Assembly: GCA_965248675.1 (NCBI GenBank)
Contig: CBDFJZ010000007.1
Location: forward strand, 161,119 to 225,118
Origin: Dehalococcoidia bacterium
Lineage (GTDB): Bacteria; Chloroflexota; Dehalococcoidia; UBA2979
DNA: 64,000 bases
Direction of reading: 5' to 3'
The notes under the pieces were generated by a model that was not told the DNA's origin, did not search any database, and was given only the letters and a program-made list of their open reading frames with translations. Position 1 is the first letter of the stretch. Every line of letters starts with the position of its first letter. Positions 18,486 to 28,410 of this stretch are shown here, one piece after another. The translations under genes were made by a program, and so were the position numbers.

Positions 18486-19078
18486 TGCCGGCCGGGCCGA
18501 CCCAGCTCGACGGCCATCGCGTCGCCGAGTCTCTGAACCGGGCGCTACCGGGGATCGCAACCACCGCGAGCGATGAGTGGGTGGAGGTGGAACCGGCGCG
18601 CGTCGATGAGGCGCTGCGCTGGCTGCACGATTCGGAGGAGTACGACGCCGCTCAGCTCAGCAACCTCTGCGGCGTCGACTACCACGATCATTTCGCGATC
18701 GTGTACCACCTGCAGTCGCTGGATCTGAACCACCAGATCGTCGTCAAAGCGCGGATCGCCGATCACGAGGAACCCGCCCTGCCGAGCAGCTATCCCGTCT
18801 ACAAGGGCGCGCTGCTGCAGGAACGCGAGGTGTTCGACCTGATGGGCGTCCACTTCGAGGGACACCCCGACCTGCGCCGCCTGTTCCTCTGGGACGGCTT
18901 CCCGGGACACCCGCTGCGCAAGGACTTCCTGGGGATCGGTGAGGGGCTGACGAGCGGGCTGAGCCGCTTCCCGTTCGAGAACAAGGAGCAGCCGGACCGG
19001 CTACTGAACCGAGAGAACATCCGGCAAGGCGATCCGCAGGACGTGCCCGAGGGCTGGTCAGGCGCGGCGCCGACATGA
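18485..19078 (+). CDS. nuoC: NADH-quinone oxidoreductase subunit C
   Basis: GTG overlaps the nuoA stop (TAGTG). Motifs: YHLQS, EREVFDLMG.F.GHPDLRR and DGFPGHPLRKDF. Confidence 0.85.
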   Translation: MPAGPTQLDGHRVAESLNRALPGIATTASDEWVEVEPARVDEALRWLHDSEEYDAAQLSNLCGVDYHDHFAIVYHLQSLDLNHQIVVKARIADHEEPALPSSYPVYKGALLQEREVFDLMGVHFEGHPDLRRLFLWDGFPGHPLRKDFLGIGEGLTSGLSRFPFENKEQPDRLLNRENIRQGDPQDVPEGWSGAAPT

Positions 19079-20178
19079 CGAGCGCAACCGAGCCGTACGT
19101 CCTCAACATCGGGCCGCAGCACCCCTCGACGCACGGCGTGTTCCGGCTCCGAGTGGTGATGGATGGCGAGCGGATTCAAGACCTGGACATGATCGTCGGG
19201 TACCTCCATCGGTCGATGGAGAAGCTGGCCGAGGAACGCACCTACACGCAGAACATCCCGTTCACGGACCGCGCAGACTACCTGGCGGCGATGTCGGGCA
19301 ACCTCGGACTGTGCCTGGCCGCGGAGCGGCTCGCGGACGTCGAGGTGCCCGAGCGTGCCTCGTACTTGCGGGTGATCTTCGCCGAGTTGCAGCGGATCGC
19401 GAGCCACGCGATGGCGAACGGGACGCTGGTCAGCGACGCCGGCGCGTGGCAGACGCCGCTGCTGTACATGTTCCGCGAGCGCGAGAAGATCCTCGATCTG
19501 TTCGAGATGACCTGCGGTGCGCGGCTGACGACGAACTACATGCGGATCGGCGGCGTCGCGTTCGAGCCGCCGCCCGAGTTCTGGCCGGCGCTGCAAGAGC
19601 TGCTCGACGAGCTGCCGGACCGGATCAGCGAGTACGAGGAGCTGCTCACGCAGAACGAGATCTTCGTCGCACGCACACGCAACGTCGGCGTGATCACTCC
19701 CGAGGATGCGATCAACGGCTCGCTCGTCGGGCCAGCGTTGCGCGGCTCGGGCGTGCCGTGGGACCTGCGCAAGGCGGAGCCGTACTGCGTCTATGACCGG
19801 ATCGAGTTCGACGTCCCGATCGGACGCAACGGCGACGTCTATGACCGCTTCATGGTGCGGCTCGCCGAGACGCGCGAGTCGGTGAAGATCATCCGCCAGG
19901 CGGTCGAGGGCATCCCGGAAGGCCCGCACAAGACCGACATCCCGCTCGCCCTCCGCCCCGAGCCCGGCGAGGTGTACGGACGCGTCGAGGGGCCGCGCGG
20001 CGAGCTGGGCTTCTACCTCGTTTCCGACGGCGGTCCCGCGCCGTACCGCTTCCACATCCGCGCCCCGTCGCTGATCAACCTCTCGCTGCTCCGCGAGATG
20101 GCCCGCGGCGCGGCGCTGTCCGATGCCGTGGTCACACTCGGATCGATTGACATCGTCGTCGGAGAGATCGATCGATGA
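19075..20178 (+). CDS. nuoD: NADH-quinone oxidoreductase subunit D
   Basis: Motifs: GPQHPSTHGVFR, YLHRSMEK, PWDLRK and a C-terminal [15 protein letters not shown] overlap with the nuoC stop. Confidence 0.95.
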   Translation: MTSATEPYVLNIGPQHPSTHGVFRLRVVMDGERIQDLDMIVGYLHRSMEKLAEERTYTQNIPFTDRADYLAAMSGNLGLCLAAERLADVEVPERASYLRVIFAELQRIASHAMANGTLVSDAGAWQTPLLYMFREREKILDLFEMTCGARLTTNYMRIGGVAFEPPPEFWPALQELLDELPDRISEYEELLTQNEIFVARTRNVGVITPEDAINGSLVGPALRGSGVPWDLRKAEPYCVYDRIEFDVPIGRNGDVYDRFMVRLAETRESVKIIRQAVEGIPEGPHKTDIPLALRPEPGEVYGRVEGPRGELGFYLVSDGGPAPYRFHIRAPSLINLSLLREMARGAALSDAVVTLGSIDIVVGEIDR

Positions 20179-21608
20179 GCGATCAGCCGATGGAGCAACT
20201 GCCCGCGACACCGATGGCGCGCCAGATCATCGAGCGCGGATCATTGCTCGACAACGCGAAGAACGTGCCGGTTGGCCTGAAGGCCGCCGGCGCCGTCTTC
20301 ATGCTCGGGTTCCTGGCCGTGAACGCGGCGATCGCGTTCATCGTGATCGACGGCCGCCTCGACGGCGAGTGGTATGACGTGCGCGACCTCGGCAATGCGA
20401 TGGCGCAGCTGCGCGTCGAACTCGACGACACGCGTGCCGGTCCGTGGCTGTCGTACTGGGCGACCGGCGTGATCGGGGCGGTCGGGATCCTCAGCTTCCT
20501 CGGTGGATTCTTGCTGATCGGCTCGTGGATCGAGCGGCGGACGTTGGCGCGCTTCCAGATTCGGATGGGGCCGAACCGGGTCGGGCCGTTCGGGCTGCTG
20601 CAGCCGCTCGCGGACGCGATCAAGCTGATGCAGAAGGAGGTGCTGATCCCGGTCGGAGCGGATCGGATGCTCTTCTTCCTGCCGCCGGTGCTCGTGTTCA
20701 TCCCTGCCATGCTCGCCTGGGGGCCGGTGCCGTGGGCGCCGAACATGTCCTACCTCGACATCAACGTGGGGCTGCTCTTCGTCATCTCGATCACGTCGCT
20801 GTCGGTGCTCGCGATCTGGATGGCGGGGTGGTCCTCGAACAACCACTACGCGCTGCTGGGCGCGATGCGCACGGTGGCGATGATGGTGTCCTACGAGATC
20901 CCGGTCAGCCTGTCGCTGATCGTGGTCGTGCTGCTCACCGGCTCGCTGAACCTCAACGAGATCGTCGCCTGGCAGTCGGATCACAACGCCTGGCTGGCGG
21001 TGCTGCTGCCGTTCGCGATGTTCACGTTCTTCTTCTCCTCGACGGCGGAGATCAACCGCACACCGAACGACATCGCCGAGGCCGAGTCGGAGATCGTCGC
21101 CGGCTTCCACACCGAGTACTCGGGGATGAAGGCAGGGCTGTTCCTGGCCGTTGAGCTGGGCAACGCGCTGCTGGTCGGGGCGCTGGTCGCGACGTTCTTC
21201 CTCGGTGGCTACACGATGTTCGGCCTCGAGGAGTGGATCCCGCCGTACCTGATCCTCGCCGCGAAGGCGGCGCTCGGGTACTTCCTCTTCATCTGGCTGC
21301 GAGGCACGCTGCCGCGGTTCCGCATCGACCAGCTCATGACGTTCGCGTGGAAGTACCTGATCCCGCTCTCGATCGCGCAGGTCCTGATCGTCGCCGTCGA
21401 GGTCACGATCGCGGCGCGCTGGGAAGCCGGGGGCATCCTCATCTACGGCTCGTTCGCAATCGTGAACCTGGCGCTGACCGTGATCGCCATCCGCGCCTGG
21501 GCGAAGGTGGTCGGCTACACGCCCGACCTCGAGCAGCCAGAGGCGCCGCGGATCGCGCCGACGATCGGCGGCCTGAAGGCCGCGAAGCGCATCCAGGCCG
21601 GTGCGTAG
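20175..21608 (+). CDS. nuoH: NADH-quinone oxidoreductase subunit H (long form, 477 aa)
   Basis: [34 protein letters not shown] signature. The ATGA overlap with the nuoD stop supports the long N-terminus. A shorter start near MAQLRVE would also be possible. Confidence 0.85.
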   Translation: MSDQPMEQLPATPMARQIIERGSLLDNAKNVPVGLKAAGAVFMLGFLAVNAAIAFIVIDGRLDGEWYDVRDLGNAMAQLRVELDDTRAGPWLSYWATGVIGAVGILSFLGGFLLIGSWIERRTLARFQIRMGPNRVGPFGLLQPLADAIKLMQKEVLIPVGADRMLFFLPPVLVFIPAMLAWGPVPWAPNMSYLDINVGLLFVISITSLSVLAIWMAGWSSNNHYALLGAMRTVAMMVSYEIPVSLSLIVVVLLTGSLNLNEIVAWQSDHNAWLAVLLPFAMFTFFFSSTAEINRTPNDIAEAESEIVAGFHTEYSGMKAGLFLAVELGNALLVGALVATFFLGGYTMFGLEEWIPPYLILAAKAALGYFLFIWLRGTLPRFRIDQLMTFAWKYLIPLSIAQVLIVAVEVTIAARWEAGGILIYGSFAIVNLALTVIAIRAWAKVVGYTPDLEQPEAPRIAPTIGGLKAAKRIQAGA

Positions 21609-22183
21609 TGGAGTCGACCGGCATCGTCGTCGCGTTCTACGCGCTCTCGGCGATCACGATCCTCTCGGCGCTTTCGGTGTTCCTGATGAGGAACCTCGTA
21701 CATGCGCTCGTCTTCCTCGTGATGGCGTTCCTGGGCATGGCCGGGCTGTTCGTCACCCTCTCGGCGGACTTCATCGCGGTTGCGCAGGTGCTGATCTACG
21801 CCGGCGCGATCTCCGTGCTGCTGGTATTCGCCGTGATGCTCACTCCGCTCGCCTCGAGGAACAACGGCAACTCATTGTACGTCGGCCCCGGGGTGCTGCT
21901 GGGCGCGGCGATCGCCGCGATTGTGGTCTTCACCGCAGTCGACGTGGAGTGGAACCAGCTCACCGGCAGCGCGCTCGAAGAGCGCGCGTTCCTCGACACG
22001 ATCGAAACGATCGGCGACCAGCTGATCGGGCAGCACGTGCTGGCGTTCGAGGTGGCCTCGGTGCTGCTGCTGTTCGCGCTGCTCGGCGCGATCGTGCTCG
22101 TAACCGACCCGGGGGCGGTCGAGGGAGACGACGCCGAAGAGGAAGCAGCGGGGAGCGGCGTGGGGGCCGAGGACGCCGTATGA
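21608..22183 (+). CDS. nuoJ: NADH-quinone oxidoreductase subunit J
   Basis: GTG overlaps the nuoH stop (TAGTG). Motifs: VQVLIYAGAISVLLVFAVML and an acidic C-terminal tail. Confidence 0.85.
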   Translation: MESTGIVVAFYALSAITILSALSVFLMRNLVHALVFLVMAFLGMAGLFVTLSADFIAVAQVLIYAGAISVLLVFAVMLTPLASRNNGNSLYVGPGVLLGAAIAAIVVFTAVDVEWNQLTGSALEERAFLDTIETIGDQLIGQHVLAFEVASVLLLFALLGAIVLVTDPGAVEGDDAEEEAAGSGVGAEDAV

Positions 22184-22506
22184 CCGTCGATCTTTCGCAC
22201 TACCTCGCCGTGTCGGGCATCGTCTTCGGCATCGGGGTGGCGATCGCGCTCTCGAAGCGGAACGTGGTCGCGGTGCTGATGGGCGTCGAGCTGATGCTGA
22301 ACGCCTCGAACCTCGCGTTCCTCGCCTTCTCGCGGTTCAGCGGCGCCTTCCAGCCCGGCACCGAGCCGCTCGCCGGGCACACGTTCGTCGTCTTCGTGCT
22401 GACCGTCGCCGCGGCGGAAGCGGCGGTCGCCCTCGCGATGGCGGTGTTGATCTACCGACGCCGGGAGACGGTCGACCTCGACCGGATCAGCGTGCTGCGG
22501 TGGTGA
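22180..22506 (+). CDS. nuoK: NADH-quinone oxidoreductase subunit K
   Basis: 108 aa with three TM helices and a GVELMLNASNLAF motif. ATGA overlap with the nuoJ stop. Confidence 0.9.
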   Translation: MTVDLSHYLAVSGIVFGIGVAIALSKRNVVAVLMGVELMLNASNLAFLAFSRFSGAFQPGTEPLAGHTFVVFVLTVAAAEAAVALAMAVLIYRRRETVDLDRISVLRW

Positions 22507-22534
22507 GCCCAACATTGCCGAGGGGGGTCGCCTC

Positions 22535-22723
22535 GTGTGGGTGAAGTTCATGGACGTCCCCGACGGCTACGCGGCCTCGATCTGGCGCGAGCTGTTCAGC
22601 CAGGAAGCGGTCTCGGTACAGGTCGTCCCGCCAATCGAGATCGGTTCGATGCGAGACGCACGAGAGATCTGGGTGCCCGACGGCAAGACCCACGTCGCAC
22701 GCGAAGTGCTGAACAAGGTCTAG
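22535..22723 (+). CDS. small soluble protein, DUF2007-like (putative signal-transducing fold), embedded in the nuo operon
   Basis: 62-aa ORF filling the nuoK-nuoL gap. It is non-hydrophobic and its pattern (..Y.A.I....L....V.V......IWV......A.EVL) resembles DUF2007. The assignment is tentative. Confidence 0.4.
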   Translation: MWVKFMDVPDGYAASIWRELFSQEAVSVQVVPPIEIGSMRDAREIWVPDGKTHVAREVLNKV

Positions 22724-22727
22724 CGCG

Positions 22728-24671
22728 ATGATTCTGGGCGAAATCCCCGAGGCCGCCGTCTGGGCGATCTACTTCGCCCCGATGCTGTCGTTCGCGGTCA
22801 TCGCGGCCGCGCTCGTCTTCAGGATCCCACGGTTCGAGGGTCGCCATGCCAGCGGCATCACGATCGCCGCGATCGGACTTTCGTGGGTGCTGGCGCTGTG
22901 GGCCCTCGACACCTCGATCGGTCTCGACGGCGAGTCAGCCGACTTCCAGTCGCATCTCTGGATGCGGCTGTTCGAGCTGGAGGTCGAGTTCGGCGTCCAG
23001 CTCGATTCGCTGAGCGCGCTGATGATCTTCGTTGTCACCTCAGTGTCGCTGCTCGTGCAGATCTACTCGACCGGCTACATGCACGGTGACACCGGCTACG
23101 CGCGCTACTTCATGTTCATGTCGCTGTTCACGATGGCGATGCTCGGGCTGGTGATGGCCTCGAGCCTGCTGCAGCTGTTCATCCACTGGGAGCTGGTCGG
23201 GCTCACCTCATACCTGCTCGTCGGCTTCTGGTTTCACAAGCCTTCGGCGGCGGCGGCCGCGAAGAAGGCGTTCATCGTCACGCGGTTCGGCGACTTCTTC
23301 TTCATGGTCGCGGTGGTGCTGATCTGGACGAAGACCGGCGGCGTCTTCGACATTGCCGAGATCAACGCCCTCGCCGAGGAGCACCACCTCTCGAACGCCG
23401 TGCTGACCGGGTTCATCCTCGGGGTCTTCGCGGGCGCGGCGGGCAAGTCCGCGCAGTTCCCGCTCCACTTCTGGCTGCCGGACGCGATGGAAGGCCCGAC
23501 GCCGGTCTCCTCGCTGATTCACTCGGCGACGATGGTGGCGGCCGGCGTGTACCTGCTCGCCCGCTTCTTCCCGGCGGTCGAGGCGGCGCCGGGCGGCGTA
23601 CACACAACGATCGCCTACATCGGCGGCTTCACGGCGATCCTCGCGGCGTCGATGGGGATCGTGGCAAACGACATCAAGCGGGTGCTCGCGTACTCAACGA
23701 TCTCCCAGCTTGGCTACATGGTGATGGCGATCGGCCTCGGCGGGTTCGTGGCGGCGATCTTCCACCTCTTCACGCACGCGTTCTTCAAGTCGCTGCTCTT
23801 CCAGGGCGCGGGATCGGTCAACCACGCGACGAACACTTTCGACCTGCGGCTGATGGGCGGTCTCCGCAGCGTCATGCCGATCACCTTCGTCACGTTCCTG
23901 GTCGGGTCGCTCTCGCTCGCCGGGGTGTTCCCGCTGGCGGGCTTCTGGAGCAAGGATGAGGTGCTGCTCGATGCCTGGAACCATGACAAGTTCCTCTGGG
24001 TGATCGGCACGATCGTCGCCTTCATGACGGCGTTCTACATGTTCCGCGTGATCTTCATGACCTTCTTCGGCGAGTACCGCGGCGGCGAGGAGCCCGAGCC
24101 GGGCCACGGTGACGCCGGGCCGCCGCAGGAGTCGCCGCGATCGATGACCGCACCGCTGATCATCCTCGCGGTCCCCTCGGTGCTGTTCGGGCTGTTCGCC
24201 CTCAACGGCTTCGGCGGGTTCCTCGAAGGCACGCTGCCCGAGGGGATCCGCGAGTTCGAGTTCCACGTCGAGGCGGTCGTGCTGGCCTCGTCGACGATCG
24301 CGGCGCTGGGCGGGATCGGCGCGGCGGCCGCGGTCTACTTCGCGCGGCGGCCCGCACCGGAGCAGCTCGGCCGGGCCGCCGGGCCGCTCTACACGCTCGC
24401 CGCCGGGAAGTACTACGTCGACGAGATCGCCGAGGACGGCATCGTCCGCGGCGCGCTCCACCGCGGCCTCGGCTGGGCGGCCGCCGCGTTCGACACGTAC
24501 GTCGTCGACGGAGTCGTGAACGGCGTCGCGCTCGCGGCGCGGCAGATCGGCGACGGAGTGCGCCGCCTCGAGACGGGGCAGCTGCAGGCATACACGTCGA
24601 TGTCGATGCTGGGCGTGGTGGTGGCGGCGATCGTCATCTTCGTCGTCAGCGGGAATGTGTTGGAGCGCTAG
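22728..24671 (+). CDS. nuoL: NADH-quinone oxidoreductase subunit L
   Basis: 647 aa antiporter-like subunit (WELVGLTSYLLVGFW, SAQFPLHFWLPDAMEGPTPVSSLIHSATMV) with a long C-terminal amphipathic/TM extension. Confidence 0.95.
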   Translation: MILGEIPEAAVWAIYFAPMLSFAVIAAALVFRIPRFEGRHASGITIAAIGLSWVLALWALDTSIGLDGESADFQSHLWMRLFELEVEFGVQLDSLSALMIFVVTSVSLLVQIYSTGYMHGDTGYARYFMFMSLFTMAMLGLVMASSLLQLFIHWELVGLTSYLLVGFWFHKPSAAAAAKKAFIVTRFGDFFFMVAVVLIWTKTGGVFDIAEINALAEEHHLSNAVLTGFILGVFAGAAGKSAQFPLHFWLPDAMEGPTPVSSLIHSATMVAAGVYLLARFFPAVEAAPGGVHTTIAYIGGFTAILAASMGIVANDIKRVLAYSTISQLGYMVMAIGLGGFVAAIFHLFTHAFFKSLLFQGAGSVNHATNTFDLRLMGGLRSVMPITFVTFLVGSLSLAGVFPLAGFWSKDEVLLDAWNHDKFLWVIGTIVAFMTAFYMFRVIFMTFFGEYRGGEEPEPGHGDAGPPQESPRSMTAPLIILAVPSVLFGLFALNGFGGFLEGTLPEGIREFEFHVEAVVLASSTIAALGGIGAAAAVYFARRPAPEQLGRAAGPLYTLAAGKYYVDEIAEDGIVRGALHRGLGWAAAAFDTYVVDGVVNGVALAARQIGDGVRRLETGQLQAYTSMSMLGVVVAAIVIFVVSGNVLER

Positions 24672-26144
24672 ATGCTGACGCTCTTCCTGTTCCTACCGCT
24701 GGCCGGCGCCTTGCTCGCGCTGTTCCTGCCGCGCGAACGCGAGCAGGAGGCGCGCTGGATCGCGCTGCTCTTCTCCGGCCTCGCCTTCGCCGTCTCGATC
24801 GTGATCTTCGTGGCGTTCGATCCGGACACCGGGGGCTACCAGTTCGTCGACCAGTTCAAGTGGATCAACCCGGGAGGCGCAGGCTTCGAGGTCCAGTACT
24901 TCGTGGGCGTCGACGGGCTCTCCGCGCCGTTGTTGCTGCTGCTCGGACTGCTGACTGTCGTCTCGGTGCTGGTGTCGTTCAGCATCGAAGAGCGGATCAA
25001 GGAGTACTTCGCGTATCTGTTGCTCCTCGAAACAGCCGTGGCCGGCGTCTTCCTCTCGCTCGACCTGATCCAGTTCTTCCTCTTCTGGGAGCTGGAGCTG
25101 CTCCCGATGTACATGCTGATTTCGCTCTGGGGCACCGGGCGCAACCGCTACAGCGCGATGAAGTTCCTGATCTACACGCTCGCCGGTTCGGCGTTCATGC
25201 TCGTCGGCTTCCTGGTACTCGGCCTCGAGGGCGGCACCTTCGAGATCGAGGCGCTGACCGCCGCGCCGCCGCAGGACGCGCTGGTCCCGCTGGCGGTCGT
25301 CTTCTGGGCGATCATGCTCGCGTTCCTCGTGAAGCTGCCGGTGTTCCCGTTCCACACCTGGTTGCCGGATGCTCACACCGACGCGCCGACCGCGGTCTCG
25401 GTGATGCTCGCTGGCGTGCTGCTGAAGATGGGCGGCTACGGCATCCTGCGGATCGCGCTGCCGATCCTGCCGGACCAGGCGCACGACTTCCGGGTGATCC
25501 TGGCGGCCGTCGCAGGCTTCTCCGTCGTCTACGGTGCAGTGCTCACACTGCAGCAGCGCGATCTCAAACGACTCATCGCGTACTCCTCGGTATCGCACAT
25601 GGGCTACGTGCTGCTCGGGGTGGCCGCACTCGGTGCGGTCGGGCTCTCGGGCGCGGCGCTGCAGATGTTCACCCACGGCACGATCACCGGGCTGCTCTTC
25701 GTGATGGTCGGGCTGATCTATGAGCGCACACACACGCGCGAGATTTCGGAGATGAGCGGGCTGATGCACCACATGCCGCTGATCGGCACGGTGATGCTCG
25801 TAGCGGGCCTCGCCTCGCTGGGACTGCCCGGACTGTCGGGCTTCGTCGCCGAGCTGACGACGTTCCTCGGGGCCTTCGACCCGCATCCCGCGGCGACGAT
25901 CGCCAGCATCTTCGGCGTTGTCCTCGCGGCGGGGTACATCCTCTGGACGGTGCAGCGCGTCTTCCACGGCCCCGCCGACGAGAACTGGGCGCACCTGTCC
26001 GATGCCAATCGCTGGTGGGAGTACGCGGCGATGGCCTCGCTCGTGATCACGATCGTTGCGGTCGGGATCTACCCGCCGATCCTCACCGAATCGATCGAGA
26101 GCGGGATTGAGCCGATCGCGCGCATCTTCGAGGCGAGCGCATGA
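24672..26144 (+). CDS. nuoM: NADH-quinone oxidoreductase subunit M
   Basis: 490 aa. Motifs: FFLFWELELLPMY, LVKLPVFPFHTWLPDAHTDAPTAVSVMLAGVLLK. Confidence 0.95.
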   Translation: MLTLFLFLPLAGALLALFLPREREQEARWIALLFSGLAFAVSIVIFVAFDPDTGGYQFVDQFKWINPGGAGFEVQYFVGVDGLSAPLLLLLGLLTVVSVLVSFSIEERIKEYFAYLLLLETAVAGVFLSLDLIQFFLFWELELLPMYMLISLWGTGRNRYSAMKFLIYTLAGSAFMLVGFLVLGLEGGTFEIEALTAAPPQDALVPLAVVFWAIMLAFLVKLPVFPFHTWLPDAHTDAPTAVSVMLAGVLLKMGGYGILRIALPILPDQAHDFRVILAAVAGFSVVYGAVLTLQQRDLKRLIAYSSVSHMGYVLLGVAALGAVGLSGAALQMFTHGTITGLLFVMVGLIYERTHTREISEMSGLMHHMPLIGTVMLVAGLASLGLPGLSGFVAELTTFLGAFDPHPAATIASIFGVVLAAGYILWTVQRVFHGPADENWAHLSDANRWWEYAAMASLVITIVAVGIYPPILTESIESGIEPIARIFEASA

Positions 26145-27613
26145 GCGGCTGGGATCTCGTCCACCACGTCGGGCCATCGGTCGCCCTCTTCGGCGGCGCC
26201 GGCATCGTCCTCACGGCGGACATGCTGCTGCCACGAGGGCGTGCGCCGCTCGTACTTCTGACGCTACTCGCGCTCGCCGTAGCCGGAGGCTGGGCGCTGT
26301 GGCACGCGAACACGGGCACCTCGGGGCCGGCGTTCGACGGCGCGGTCGTGATGGATCGCTTCGCGCTCTTCTTCATCTTTCTGCTGGTCACAGTCACCGC
26401 GGCGGTCACGATCGCTTCGACCGACTGGGCGCAGGAGCTCGACCTCCGAGGCGAGTATTACGCGCTACTGCTCGTCGCCGCGGGCGCGATGTCGCTACTC
26501 GCGCAGGGCAACGACCTGATCCTGATCTTCGTCGCCCTCGAGACCACCTCGATCGTGCAGTACGTGCTGGTCGGCGTGACGCGCAGGGATCGCAGCGCCG
26601 AGGCCGGTATCAAGTACCTGATCAGCGGGGCGATCGCGGCGGGGCTGATGATTTACGGCTTCGCGTTCCTGTTCGGCACGACCGGCGCGACGTCGCTCGA
26701 CGGCATCGCCGCCTTCATCCAGGCGGGTCCCGAGGAGGCACGGCTGCCGCTGACGCTCGGCTTCGTCCTCGTGGCGGCCGGGTTCGGGTTCAAGATGGCG
26801 ATCGTGCCGTTCCACGGCTGGGCGCCGGATGTGTACCAGGGCGGGCCGACGCCGGTGGTCAGCTTCCTCTCAGTCGCTTCGAAGGCCGGTGGCTTCGCGA
26901 TCGCGCTGCGCTTGTTCTACAACGGTCTCGGGGGTGGCGGCACGTTCATCAGCGACGACTGGGCGATCATGTTCGGGGTGTTCGCGGTCGCCTCGATGTT
27001 GTTCGGGAACGTCGCGGCGCTCGTCCAGACGGACGCGCGCCGGCTGCTCGGCTATTCCTCGATCGCGCAGGCGGGGAACATCGCGATCGGCCTCGCGGCG
27101 GTCGCGGTAGGGAGCACACTCGGGCCGTCGGGGGTGATGTTCTTCCTGGCGACGTACGTCGCAACGAACCTCGGGGCGTTCTTCGCCGTGATCGCAATCT
27201 CGAGGCGGATCGGGTCCTACGCGATCGCGGATTACGCCGGCCTCATCCGCCGCTCTCCGATGCTGGCGGCGGTGCTGATGCTCTGCTTGTTGTCGCTGAC
27301 CGGGATCCCCCCGACCGCCGGATTCATCGCGAAGGTGTACGTGTTCAACAGCGCGGTGCAGGCGGGCGAGGAGTGGCTCGTCGCGGTGGTGGCGGTGGCG
27401 GTGGTGAACACGGCGATCTCGGCGTTCTACTACCTGCGCTGGGTGCGGACGATGGTCCTCGACGAGGCGAAGGAGACGACCACCTTCGGCGCGGCCGCTC
27501 CTATGCAGGCGATGCTCGGGCTCGCGGCGGTGAGCGTGCTGTTCCTCGGGCTGGTGCCGGCGCCGCTGGTCTCGGCCGCGCAGCGCGCCGCCGAGACCTT
27601 GCAGCTCCAGTAG
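26141..27613 (+). CDS. nuoN: NADH-quinone oxidoreductase subunit N
   Basis: 490 aa. Motifs: FVALETTSIVQYVLVG, FKMAIVPFHGWAPDVYQGGPTPV. ATGA overlap with the nuoM stop. Confidence 0.95.
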   Translation: MSGWDLVHHVGPSVALFGGAGIVLTADMLLPRGRAPLVLLTLLALAVAGGWALWHANTGTSGPAFDGAVVMDRFALFFIFLLVTVTAAVTIASTDWAQELDLRGEYYALLLVAAGAMSLLAQGNDLILIFVALETTSIVQYVLVGVTRRDRSAEAGIKYLISGAIAAGLMIYGFAFLFGTTGATSLDGIAAFIQAGPEEARLPLTLGFVLVAAGFGFKMAIVPFHGWAPDVYQGGPTPVVSFLSVASKAGGFAIALRLFYNGLGGGGTFISDDWAIMFGVFAVASMLFGNVAALVQTDARRLLGYSSIAQAGNIAIGLAAVAVGSTLGPSGVMFFLATYVATNLGAFFAVIAISRRIGSYAIADYAGLIRRSPMLAAVLMLCLLSLTGIPPTAGFIAKVYVFNSAVQAGEEWLVAVVAVAVVNTAISAFYYLRWVRTMVLDEAKETTTFGAAAPMQAMLGLAAVSVLFLGLVPAPLVSAAQRAAETLQLQ

Positions 27614-27657
27614 GGGGGCGTTCCGCCCTCGATGACCCGTCGGGCCAGATAGAGTTC

Positions 27658-28125
27658 ATGCTCATGGCGGACGAGATCCATCTCGAGGTCGACGAGGGGA
27701 TCGACGTGTCCGTCGAGGCGCTCACGGCGGCCGCCTACGCGGCCGTCTCGGAGCGCGCGGACTCCGAGCTGACGATCCGGATTTCGCGGGACGAGCTGCT
27801 GCAGCAGCTCAACCGCGAACATCGAGGGATCGATGAGCCGACCGACGTGCTGTCGTTTCCGGTCGCGGACGACGGGTTCCCCGGCGGTGCGGAGGCCGGG
27901 TACCTCGGGGATGTCGCTATCTCGGTGGCTGCGGCGCGGCGGAATGCAGAGGCGACGGGGACGCCGCTCGAGCGGGAGCTGCGGCACCTCGTGACGCACG
28001 GGGTGCTGCATTTGCTGGGGTATGAACATGACGGGGTGGACGAGACGGCGCGGATGAGAGAGCGCGAGGTTGAGTTGTTGGGGGAGTGGGTGCACGCGAT
28101 CTGGGATGCGCCGCCGACGCACTGA
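27658..28125 (+). CDS. ybeY: rRNA maturation endoribonuclease YbeY
   Basis: HGVLHLLGYEH zinc-binding motif and TDVLSFP. ATG at 27658 inside the spurious giant ORF 26056..28125. Confidence 0.9.
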   Translation: MLMADEIHLEVDEGIDVSVEALTAAAYAAVSERADSELTIRISRDELLQQLNREHRGIDEPTDVLSFPVADDGFPGGAEAGYLGDVAISVAAARRNAEATGTPLERELRHLVTHGVLHLLGYEHDGVDETARMREREVELLGEWVHAIWDAPPTH

Positions 28126-28208
28126 GCAGGTCCACCTCGCCGCGATCAGCCGCTGCGGAGATGGTGTTCGAGGAACAGCTTCCCGTCGCCGAGATGGCGA
28201 GCTGCCGC

Positions 28209-28410
28209 GGAGCCGAACCAGGATCAGGGGAGCTCCGCTCCCCTGCCACCCCTCGCCGGGGGACAAGGCTGTCCCCCGAACCCCCTCGCAAGCCGGAACC
28301 TGAGACGAGTTGACGGAGTGTCAGTGGCGGCAGTCGCCCGATTCCGCTGAGCTTGAGCGAGGGTGGCCGGCCGGCTGGCTGCTGACCGGGGCATTCGCCC
28401 CGGGCGCGGG
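28209..28410 (+). repeat. interspersed three-hairpin element, copy E1 (modules A+B)
   Basis: GGAGCCGAACC..GATCAGGGGAGC-tcc-GCTCCCC..GGGGGAC-aaggct-GTCCCCC..CCCCCTCGCAAGCCG, then a linker, then CTGACCGGGGC-attc-GCCCCGGGCGCG. Confidence 0.85.
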
